A stretch of DNA of 64,000 bases from Chloroflexota bacterium (GTDB taxonomy: Bacteria > Chloroflexota > Limnocylindria > Limnocylindrales > CSP1-4), in assembly GCA_045804645.1 (NCBI GenBank), contig JBJMMR010000073.1, positions 1,146 to 65,145 on the forward strand, in the 5' to 3' direction. Both the position numbers and the translations under genes were made by a program. Under the pieces are notes generated by a model. The model was not told the DNA's origin. It ran no database searches and worked only from the letters and a program-made list of their open reading frames with translations. Shown here one piece after another: positions 33,946 to 41,536 of this stretch (position 1 is the first letter of the stretch; every line of letters starts with the position of its first letter).

Positions 33946-34566
33946 ATGTCGGAGCTGCCAGACGACACGCCGCCCCCTGCACGTCGCCGCACGTCCCGTG
34001 CTGGGCGTCGCCAGCGGTTCGTGCTACCCGACGACCAGCATGACGACCGCGTCGGTGACGTCATCGAGGCATTCCTCGATGGGCCCCCGTCCAAGACCCG
34101 ACGACGGGTCCGCCAGGCGACGCGACCAGCCAGGCTTCGACCGACGCGGCTCCGACCGGTCCCGCTCGATACCCGTCCCGACTGGGACGTCGCTCTCCGC
34201 CACGAAGACGCGAGGATGGCCCGCTACGGTCGACCGGCGAGCGTCGTCGTGATCCGACTTCGGCTCACGCCACCGGGGAGCGCCGACCGGATCGCCGCAC
34301 GCGTCGGGGAGATCGTGCGGTTCCATGCCCGTGAGACGGATCGCGTCACCCGCGCTGCCGCGGATCGGTTCCATGTCCTGCTGCCCGAGACGGAGGAGGC
34401 CGAGGCCGAGACGCTGATCGAGCGGGTCCGCACCGCGTGCGCCGACCAGGTCGCAGGTCGGTTGGGAGCGGATCTTCGTGTGGTCGGTGCGGCCGCGAGC
34501 CCGGCTCGCGGCGAGACCCTGCACGACGCCTTGGTGTCCGCTCAGGTCGCCGTGGGGGCAGCCTAA
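33946..34566 (+). CDS. Protein with basic disordered N-terminus and a degenerate GGDEF-like domain (AADRF in place of GGDEF)
   Basis: ATG at 33946 in tracked ORF 33892..34566. RYGRPASVVVIRLRL...HARETDRVTRAAADRFHVLLPETEEAEAETLIERVR follows the GGDEF-domain pattern but lacks the catalytic motifs. Confidence 0.45.
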   Translation: MSELPDDTPPPARRRTSRAGRRQRFVLPDDQHDDRVGDVIEAFLDGPPSKTRRRVRQATRPARLRPTRLRPVPLDTRPDWDVALRHEDARMARYGRPASVVVIRLRLTPPGSADRIAARVGEIVRFHARETDRVTRAAADRFHVLLPETEEAEAETLIERVRTACADQVAGRLGADLRVVGAAASPARGETLHDALVSAQVAVGAA

Positions 34567-34579
34567 GCTCGCCGCGAGC

Positions 34580-34969
34580 TCATCGCACCAGCGTGTCGAA
34601 GAGGCGGTCCAGTTCCGCGCCCGGGTCATCGGTGAGGCCGGTGTGGACCTCCGATGGCTGGATGATGGTGCTCGCTGGAGAGACGAGCCAGTGGAACCGC
34701 TCCGGGCTCGACAGGCGCGCGATCGGTCCCCCGCTCGCGTCGCCGGCGGCGACGCGATCGATGGCCTCGAGATGCCGGCCGATCGATCGCACGTCGGCAT
34801 CCGGGGCGATAGCCATAAGGCGAGGTTCGTCGAGCGATGTCCGCGCACCGACGAAATCCCGCGATCGGCACAGGAGCACGACGCCGACATTGACCGCCTC
34901 GCCCCGCTCGACGTGGGGGACGACGCGGATGATCGCGTATTGATAGGGGCTACGCGGCGCGTCGGGCAC
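34580..34969 (-). CDS. DUF3037 domain protein
   Basis: 129 aa, GTG start. YQYAIIRVVPHVERGEAVNVGVVLLCRS...ERFHWL matches my recollection of the DUF3037 pattern. Overlaps the upstream kinase gene by 20 nt. Confidence 0.7.
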   Translation of the reverse strand: MPDAPRSPYQYAIIRVVPHVERGEAVNVGVVLLCRSRDFVGARTSLDEPRLMAIAPDADVRSIGRHLEAIDRVAAGDASGGPIARLSSPERFHWLVSPASTIIQPSEVHTGLTDDPGAELDRLFDTLVR

Positions 34970-35735
34970 GGTCGGCCTCCTCGACGAACCCGTTGCGCGC
35001 CGCGAGTCGGCGCTGGAGGTAGCGGACGTAGCCGCGACGCTGACCTTCGGCGTCGCCCGTCATCGGGTCGTCGGGCAGCCACGCGTCCGGGATGGCGTTG
35101 ACGAGTTCTTCGAATAGCGTCCCACCGAGACGGGGCGAGAGGCGTTCGTCGGCCGCGGCGACCTCCCCGGCGAACGGCAGCAGGACGTGATCGCGGATGC
35201 GCTCGAAGACACCCTCCGCATGCGCATCGGGATCGCGCCACGTGTGATGCACATACAGGGCCGCCCCGTGGTCGATCAACCAGGTACGGCCATGCCACAC
35301 CAGGAGGTTCGGGTTGACCGCCGTCCGGTCGGGGTTCGTGACGAAGGCATCGAGCCACACGACGTCGGCAGCCTCACCGGCGTCGACGGCGGGATCGGCC
35401 CCGGGGTTGAACATCAAGGCGCCGGGGAGGAAGTCCAGGCCGAGGTTGAGGCCGCCGCTGCGATGGACGAGGTCCTGGAGCTCCTCGTCGGGCTCGGCGT
35501 CGCCGAGGCCCGGGTCGACGTCGATGAAGACGAGCTCCGGCACGGTCAGCCCGACCGCGCGAGCGATCTCGCCGGCGAGCCACTCCGCGACGAGGGCTCG
35601 CGGACCCTGGCCGGCGCCGCGGAACTTGACGACGTACAGCCCGTCGTCGTCGGCCTCGACGAGGCCGGGAAGGGATCCGCCCTCGCGCAGCGGGGTCACA
35701 TAGCGGGTCGCGGTGACGTGGCGCGGTTCCGGCAT
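34950..35735 (-). CDS. HipA-like / PI3-4-kinase-fold Ser/Thr kinase (short form, C-terminal kinase core only)
   Basis: ATG at 35735 in tracked ORF 34950..35825. Gly-rich loop VVKFRGAGQGPRA, catalytic-loop-like DAFVTNPDRTAVNPNLLV, metal-binding-like WLIDHGAAL. Confidence 0.7.
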   Translation of the reverse strand: MPEPRHVTATRYVTPLREGGSLPGLVEADDDGLYVVKFRGAGQGPRALVAEWLAGEIARAVGLTVPELVFIDVDPGLGDAEPDEELQDLVHRSGGLNLGLDFLPGALMFNPGADPAVDAGEAADVVWLDAFVTNPDRTAVNPNLLVWHGRTWLIDHGAALYVHHTWRDPDAHAEGVFERIRDHVLLPFAGEVAAADERLSPRLGGTLFEELVNAIPDAWLPDDPMTGDAEGQRRGYVRYLQRRLAARNGFVEEADRARRAA

Positions 35736-35764
35736 CGGGCCGGAGTCTACCTGTGGGGTCGCGC

Positions 35765-36265
35765 TCAGATCCGGGTCGAACCGAGCCAGCCGATGAATGC
35801 GCCCATCGCCGTCGCCACGAGCCACACGATCCCGACGATGAGCAGCGCCAGCCCGATGAACAGTGCCTGTTCACCGCGCGTGGATGCCGTCGGGTCGAGC
35901 GCGTGCCGCCGGAACAGCGCGAGGTTCTTCGAGTTCGAACGGAAGGCGATGTCGAACAAGTCGCCGATGATCGGGATCATCCCGATCCCGAGGTCGACGG
36001 CCAGGTTGAGGACCATCCGTCCGAGCACCACACGCGGCACGCCGAAGCGTGACGCCTCGAGGATCAGCCAGCCGCCCACGAGCGCCGCCACGGCGTCGCC
36101 CGCGAACGGGATCAAGCCGATCACGGGGTCAAGCCCGATCTTCGTCGACGTGCCCGGGATCGTGACCAGGTCGTCCAGCAGCGTCGTGACCCTGCCGATC
36201 CGGCGCTCGGCCGAAGCGAACCGCTCCGGTCGGGAGGGGCCGACGACATCACCCTGTAGTGCCAT
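35765..36265 (-). CDS. DUF4112 domain membrane protein
   Basis: IPGTSTKIGLDPVIGLIPFAGDAVAALVGGWLILEASRFGVPRVVLGRMVLNLAVDLGIGMIPIIGDLFDIAFRSNSKN is the typical DUF4112 pattern. Start is 36265 or 36292. Confidence 0.75.
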   Translation of the reverse strand: MALQGDVVGPSRPERFASAERRIGRVTTLLDDLVTIPGTSTKIGLDPVIGLIPFAGDAVAALVGGWLILEASRFGVPRVVLGRMVLNLAVDLGIGMIPIIGDLFDIAFRSNSKNLALFRRHALDPTASTRGEQALFIGLALLIVGIVWLVATAMGAFIGWLGSTRI

Positions 36266-36276
36266 GGCCGCCGAGT

Positions 36277-36292
36277 ATGGACAAATGTCCAT
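36277..36292. promoter_or_regulatory. Perfect 16-bp palindrome ATGGACAAATGTCCAT at the 5' end of the DUF4112 gene
   Basis: ATGGACA-AA-TGTCCAT. It is AT-richer than its surroundings and lies 12 nt upstream of the ATG at 36265. Confidence 0.3.
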
Positions 36293-36706
36293 GCAGCTTC
36301 ATGTCGGATGGCAGGTGGCGCCTTGCAGCGGCGCGCCTACGGTGTCCTCAGCACGAGACGGACCGCCGGACATCAAGACCATAGACCGGCGGCGCGTCGA
36401 TCCTCCGGCGGGATGCCGGGCGACGACGGAGCCGGCAACAGTTGCCGAACGGCGGTCCGCCGAAGCGCTATCCAACTGAAGAACAACCGAATAGCGCACG
36501 GACGACTGCATAGGCGATCCACAACCGAATATCGAACTGTTTCGCCGCACTGGCCGCTCGCGCGTGGGGACGACGAGCGGCCTCGCGGTGTCTCGGGGTC
36601 CTTCGCTGAGCGTCGCGGGCGCGGCGCGAGCGCCCGTGGGGCGGCGGCCCCGTGGCGAGCGTCGACAGCCGGGTGCCGCGCGCGCGTCGACCGCCGGGGG
36701 CGCCGT

Positions 36707-36880
36707 AGTTTGATGCATACCGATCGACGTGCCGGGTCGCTTCTCCTGGTGATGCACCTCGGCTGCATATCTCGCAGGAAACGTATTGCCCCGGGCCGGC
36801 GAAGGCCGTCTCTATATGCCGCTCATGTGCATCACGGAGCAACCCCTCCCACCCCAGCCAGCTTTGTGCATCACCGTCGG
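36707..36880 (+). repeat. ~175-nt dispersed structured element, copy A (GTGATGCA/TGCATCAC motif family)
   Basis: Hand alignment to 48245..48425 in the same orientation. Shared blocks: GATGCATA(C/T)C, GGTGATGCA.CTCGGC.GCAT, ATTGCCCCG.GGCCG, GTGCATCACGG.GCA.CCC, CTCCC.ACCCAG. Confidence 0.65.
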
Positions 36881-36963
36881 CGATCGAGACGCCTGGCGAG
36901 ACGCGCCACCGAGACGGGCGATCGAGACGCCCGACGAGACGTGCGACGACACGCGACCCAAAC

Positions 36964-37176
36964 ATGACGGCTTTCGGCAGGTACACGCCCGACACTGTTG
37001 CCATGTTCAACATCGAACTGGCACGGATCATCCAAGCGGAGCGAGAACAAGAGATCCAGGACGCGCTGCGACGGCGTCGGCTTCTGGACGGGAGCGACAC
37101 GAAGGGTGCACGCGACGAGCGCTCGGCGGCGGCGCCGCGTCTTCAGCGGCGCGCGTCTGGCGTGACGTCGCGGTAG
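36964..37176 (+). CDS. Possible small coiled-coil protein (70 aa, or 57 aa from ATG 37003)
   Basis: MFNIELARIIQAEREQEIQDALRRRRLL... looks helical, but there is no SD and it overlaps the 3' end of the convergent WYL gene by 34 nt. Confidence 0.25.
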   Translation: MTAFGRYTPDTVAMFNIELARIIQAEREQEIQDALRRRRLLDGSDTKGARDERSAAAPRLQRRASGVTSR

Positions 37177-38129
37177 CGGTCGGCGATCCGGTTCGCGAGC
37201 ATGACGACGCGATCGCGGATCTCCGGGGGCTCGAGCACTTCGAGATCGTGACCACAGGCGAGTAGCAGCCCAGGCACTTCTTCGGGGAAACCCAATCGGA
37301 GACGGAGCCGGATGGTGCCCGGCCGGCCCGGTTCCTCGATCCGCTCGGCAGCCGCGACGGTCCCGGTGCCGAAGACCTGGTTGAGCCGCCAGCCCTGGTC
37401 CTCGCGGATGCGGACCTCGACGAGGCTGCTCGGCTGTTCGCGCTCGTAGGCGGCGGTCGACTCGATCCAGAAGGACGCAAGATCGAAGTCGTCGGGTCGA
37501 TCGACGACCTCCTCGAGCAGGGTCGCGCTCACGACCCGTGACGCGCGATACGTACGGACCTGTCCGTCGACGGTCGCCACGACGTACCAGACCCCGCCCT
37601 TGAGCACGAGCCCAAGCGGACCGAGCGTCCTCACCACGACGTCATCGCCTCGGTCGTACTCGACGGCGACCGTGCGGCCCTCCCAGACAGCCGTCGACAG
37701 CGTCGCGAGATGGGGCACCTCCTCGTTCGCCTTGAACCATCCCGCAGCATCGAGGTGGAACCGCTGGACCAGCCGTGACGCGCGGGACCGAAGCTCCGGT
37801 GGGAGAGCGGCCATCACCTTGAGCTGCGCAGCGGCCACGACCGTGCCGAGTCCCAGTTGCGCGGCTGGCCCCGGCAGCCCGGACAGGAACAGCGCCTCGG
37901 CCTCGTCCGCGGTCATCCCGGTGAGGCGCGTCCGATAGCCGTCGACGAGGCGGATCCCGCCGAGCGGACCGCGCTCAGCGAAGATGGGCACGCCCGCGGC
38001 GCTCAGCTCCTCGACGTCCCGGTGGATGGTCCGGACCGAGACCTCGAGCTCGTCGGCGAGCTGCGCGGCGGTCATGCCACCCCGACTCTGGAGCAGCAGC
38101 AGGAGGTTCACGAGCCGGCTCGCGCGCAT
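37143..38129 (-). CDS. HTH-WYL-WCX transcriptional regulator (YafY/PafBC-like)
   Basis: ATG at 38129 in tracked ORF 37143..38195. MRASRLVNLLLLLQSRGGMTAAQLADELEVSVRTIHRDVEELSAAGVPI. WYL region VWYVVATVDGQVRTYRASRV. Confidence 0.85.
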   Translation of the reverse strand: MRASRLVNLLLLLQSRGGMTAAQLADELEVSVRTIHRDVEELSAAGVPIFAERGPLGGIRLVDGYRTRLTGMTADEAEALFLSGLPGPAAQLGLGTVVAAAQLKVMAALPPELRSRASRLVQRFHLDAAGWFKANEEVPHLATLSTAVWEGRTVAVEYDRGDDVVVRTLGPLGLVLKGGVWYVVATVDGQVRTYRASRVVSATLLEEVVDRPDDFDLASFWIESTAAYEREQPSSLVEVRIREDQGWRLNQVFGTGTVAAAERIEEPGRPGTIRLRLRLGFPEEVPGLLLACGHDLEVLEPPEIRDRVVMLANRIADRYRDVTPDARR

Positions 38130-38207
38130 CGACTCAGGATACGCACGATGTCGACAGTTTCTGTCAGATATGACGACGCTCGACCCGATGGCCACGCGCT
38201 CCAGCGC

Positions 38208-39077
38208 CTAGGGCTGTGGCCGCCCCTCGGTCCCGCCTTCGCGCAGGAAGCGCTCGATCTCGCCGATCAGGTCGTCGCCCGATGGCAAGCGCTGCTCATC
38301 GACCATGGCCTCCAGGCGTTCGACGTACGACCGCGTCGTCTCCTCGAGCGCGGTCGCGGTGTCGAGCCGCGTCCTGAGCTGACGCGCCTCCTCGGCGAGG
38401 TCGCCCGTCGGCAACGAGAGACCCAGATGTCGACCCAGCGCCTCGACGAGCGCTACCGACGCCGCGGGATACGGCCCGGAGACGTAGTGCGGGACCTGCG
38501 CGAAGTAGCCGACTGCCGGGATGCCGCCCTCGGCCATCGCCATCTCGAGGACGCTGATCGCCGCGGCCGGCACGCGCAACAAGCCGGCCGGACCCGGCTG
38601 GATGTCGCCGCGTAGGCGTCCTTCCTCTGACGTCGTCCCGAGGATCGGCACGTCACGGGTATGCGGTACCGCGGCGGGGATCGCACCGAGACTGACCCAC
38701 TCGACGACGCCGAGCCGTCGCGCGAGGTCGAGCATGTCGTCCGCGAATGCATGCCAGCGATCATCCGGCTCGGGCCCCGCGAGGACGAGGAGATCGCGCT
38801 CGCCGAACCGGACGCGCCGGACGACGAGCTCGGGCCAGGTCAGCTCCGCAAGCCGCCCGTCGACGATCTGGAGGGTTGGGCGACGCGCGCGATAGTCGAA
38901 CAGAGCATCGGGGTCGAACGTCGCGACGTCGACGGCGTCGTCGAGCAACTGTTCCAGTGCCGACGTCGCCGCGCTACCGGCATCGACCCAGCCGTCGAAC
39001 GCGGCGATCAGCACGGGAGCGATCAAGTCGCCGGGGTCGCCCGGACTCCCGGGTCCGGCCAGCGAATAGAGGCTCAT
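38208..39077 (-). CDS. PAC2 (proteasome assembly chaperone 2-like) family protein
   Basis: 289 aa. PVLIAAFDGWVDAGSAAT...LVLAGPEPDDRWHAF...VSLGAIPAAVPHTR is typical of actinobacterial PAC2-family proteins. Confidence 0.75.
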   Translation of the reverse strand: MSLYSLAGPGSPGDPGDLIAPVLIAAFDGWVDAGSAATSALEQLLDDAVDVATFDPDALFDYRARRPTLQIVDGRLAELTWPELVVRRVRFGERDLLVLAGPEPDDRWHAFADDMLDLARRLGVVEWVSLGAIPAAVPHTRDVPILGTTSEEGRLRGDIQPGPAGLLRVPAAAISVLEMAMAEGGIPAVGYFAQVPHYVSGPYPAASVALVEALGRHLGLSLPTGDLAEEARQLRTRLDTATALEETTRSYVERLEAMVDEQRLPSGDDLIGEIERFLREGGTEGRPQP

Positions 39078-39245
39078 CCCGGCAGTCTACGCGGCGTACG
39101 ACGACTTTCCCGTACACGAGACGGCAACGGTTTAGGTTTCCGAACGAAGCCTGAATCGTATGGTGGTTGTATCGTCTCGCCCGACTTTGGCAGATTCGTC
39201 GGCGCTGTCAGCCGACCATGTCTCGACATTCGTAGGAGGGACACC

Positions 39246-40421
39246 TTGCAGAGCAGGGTCGCGCGGCGCGCCCCAGTAGCCGCCGCGCTCGTCATCTCGG
39301 CACTCGTGCTGCCGATCTTCGTGCCGAGCGTCGGTGCCGCGAACGGGCTCGAGGTCACGACCCCGTACCCGGCCGTCGCTGTCGCACCGGGCAACAAGGT
39401 CAGTTTCGATCTTGCGGTCTCGTCGACACGCGCGGCTGACGTCGCGCTTTCGCTCAACGGCGTCCCGAGCGGCTGGACCGCCAACCTCACCGGCGGCGGC
39501 AACGTCGTCGATGGCGTTTCCGTCTCGCCCACCAAGGCCGGCACGGTCCGACTCGACGTCACCGTCCCCGCCGACGCCACCAACAGCTCCTCCACGATCC
39601 GCGTCACGGCGCGGGGCGGCGGGGCTGAGGACATCCTGCCGATCTCGATCCGAGTGAACGCAGAGGCGGCAGGCAACATGACGCTGACGACGAACACGCC
39701 CGAACTCACCGGCGCCTCGGACAAGACGTTCAAGTTCGATCTGCAGCTCAAGAACGACACCGCCCAGGACGTGACGGTCTCCGCGAGCGCCACGGGCCCC
39801 AGCGATTGGGACATCACGACGACGCTGACGGGCGCCACGGATGCCGCGTCGACCATCGTCAAGGCGGGGGCCACGCAGAGCATCAGCGTCTCCGCGAAGC
39901 CAGCTGAGAATGCGCCGGCGCAGCAGTACCCGATCAAGGTCACGGCGACCGCCGGTGACCGCACGATCGACGCCGATCTGTCGATCGCCATCACCGGCTC
40001 CTACGGCATGAAGCTATCGACGCCGGGCGACGTCCTGTCGACGCGAGGCTCCGCCGGCTCGCCAACGACCCAGACCTTCGAGATCACGAACAACGGCACC
40101 GCGCCGATCACGGCCGTCAAGCTCGACGGCACGCCGCCGAGCGGCTGGACGGTGACCGTCGACCCGAAGGACGGCCTGCAGTCGATCGACCCGGGCCAGG
40201 TCGGCCGGATCAACGCGACGATCACCCCGTCGGGTGACGCCGTCGCAGGCGACTACGTGATCACCTTCAAGGCGAGTTCGACCGAGAACGCGACCGGTTC
40301 CAGCGCCGACATCCGGTTCACCGTCGAGACGTCTCCGGTCTGGGCGTTCGTCGGCGTGGCCCTCATCGCGCTGATCCTCGGTGGGCTGTTCTACGTCTTC
40401 CGGACCTACGGTCGGCGATGA
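39246..40421 (+). CDS. Secreted NEW3/COG1470-like repeat protein with C-terminal TM anchor (ABC-exporter-associated)
   Basis: TTG at 39246 after AGGAGGGA, in tracked ORF 38661..40421. Signal peptide. Repeated Ig-like segments (SGWTANLTGG, SDWDITTTLTG, SGWTVTVDPK). C-terminal VWAFVGVALIALILGGLFYVF. Confidence 0.7.
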   Translation: MQSRVARRAPVAAALVISALVLPIFVPSVGAANGLEVTTPYPAVAVAPGNKVSFDLAVSSTRAADVALSLNGVPSGWTANLTGGGNVVDGVSVSPTKAGTVRLDVTVPADATNSSSTIRVTARGGGAEDILPISIRVNAEAAGNMTLTTNTPELTGASDKTFKFDLQLKNDTAQDVTVSASATGPSDWDITTTLTGATDAASTIVKAGATQSISVSAKPAENAPAQQYPIKVTATAGDRTIDADLSIAITGSYGMKLSTPGDVLSTRGSAGSPTTQTFEITNNGTAPITAVKLDGTPPSGWTVTVDPKDGLQSIDPGQVGRINATITPSGDAVAGDYVITFKASSTENATGSSADIRFTVETSPVWAFVGVALIALILGGLFYVFRTYGRR

Positions 40422-41536
40422 GCGCGAGTCCGGGAAGGATCGCGTCGAAGAAGCGCCGCGGCCGGGCCGACTCCGCTGAGCGGCCCTCCTCCGCGGGTAC
40501 CGGCCCGGCCGCGAGCGGCGCCCCGGTCCTCATCAAGACGCGAGGCCTGACGAAGGAGTACGAGGATCTCGTCGCGGTCGATCATCTCGATCTGGACGTC
40601 CGCGCCGGCGAGATCTTCGGTTTGCTCGGCCAGAACGGCGCGGGCAAGACGACCACGATCCTGATGCTGCTCGGCCTTACCGAGCCGACCGAGGGCGCCG
40701 CGCGCGTCGTCGGGCTCGATCCGTCACGCGGGCCGCTCGAGGTGAAGCGGCGGGTCGGGTACCTGCCCGACGCGGTCGGCTTTTACGGCGAGATGACCGG
40801 CCGCGAGAACCTGCGATACACGGCGCGCCTCAACCGGCTCGACAAGTCGCTCATGGACGAGACGATCGACTCTGTGCTCGAGCAGGTGGGCCTCACCGAT
40901 CGAGCGGACGACCGGGTCGAGACGTACTCGCGCGGCATGATCCAGCGCCTCGGCATCGCCGACGCGCTGATCAAGGATCCGGATGTGCTCATCCTCGATG
41001 AGCCGACGACGGCGATCGACCCCCTCGGCGTCAGTGAGATCCTGGAACTGCTGCGCGGCCTGGTCGAGGAGCGCGGCATGGCGATCCTGCTCTCGAGCCA
41101 CCTGCTCAACCAGGTCCAGTCGGTCTGCGACCGGATCGGCATCTTCTCCGCCGGCCGACTGATCGGGCAGGGGACGATGACGCAGCTTGCCGAGCGATTC
41201 GGCGAGGGAAAGCAGGTCCTCGAAGTCGGCCTCGACCTGCATAGCGATGCCGAGAAGGCAAGCGCGCGGTCGGTCCTCGGCGCGGTCGCCGGCGTGACCT
41301 CGATCTCCGACGGTGCCCGTCCCGGCGATCCGTGGCATCTTGAGGTCGAGCCTGGTGCGGATCCCGCTGCCGTTCGTTCCGCCGTGCTGGCCGCCGTCGC
41401 GCTGGAGCATCTGCCGTTGACGTCGATCCGCGCCGTCGTACCGTCGCTCGAAGACATCTATCGCCGCGCCGTGGCTCGACCCGGGGGCTCACGGGTGGAG
41501 CGCGGTCGCGCGACGGCTGGGGAGGTTCCGGCATGA
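40418..41536 (+). CDS. ABC-2-type exporter ATP-binding protein
   Basis: 372 aa, ATGA overlap upstream. Walker A GQNGAGKTT, signature YSRGMIQR, Walker B VLILDEPTTAIDP. Confidence 0.85.
   Translation: MSASPGRIASKKRRGRADSAERPSSAGTGPAASGAPVLIKTRGLTKEYEDLVAVDHLDLDVRAGEIFGLLGQNGAGKTTTILMLLGLTEPTEGAARVVGLDPSRGPLEVKRRVGYLPDAVGFYGEMTGRENLRYTARLNRLDKSLMDETIDSVLEQVGLTDRADDRVETYSRGMIQRLGIADALIKDPDVLILDEPTTAIDPLGVSEILELLRGLVEERGMAILLSSHLLNQVQSVCDRIGIFSAGRLIGQGTMTQLAERFGEGKQVLEVGLDLHSDAEKASARSVLGAVAGVTSISDGARPGDPWHLEVEPGADPAAVRSAVLAAVALEHLPLTSIRAVVPSLEDIYRRAVARPGGSRVERGRATAGEVPA

Noticed and set aside
36816-36880. Cys-containing mini-ORFs (M..CIT...CI(T/A)) inside both copies of the ~175-nt element, considered as RiPP-like precursor peptides near the radical SAM gene
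   Set aside because: The CIT tripeptide is an automatic translation of the TGCATCAC motif. Homology between the copies extends well upstream of the ATGs at nucleotide level. Neither ATG has an SD. The radical SAM protein looks like the DNA-repair-associated Rv2578c type rather than a RiPP maturase. The idea is kept only as a remark in the findings.
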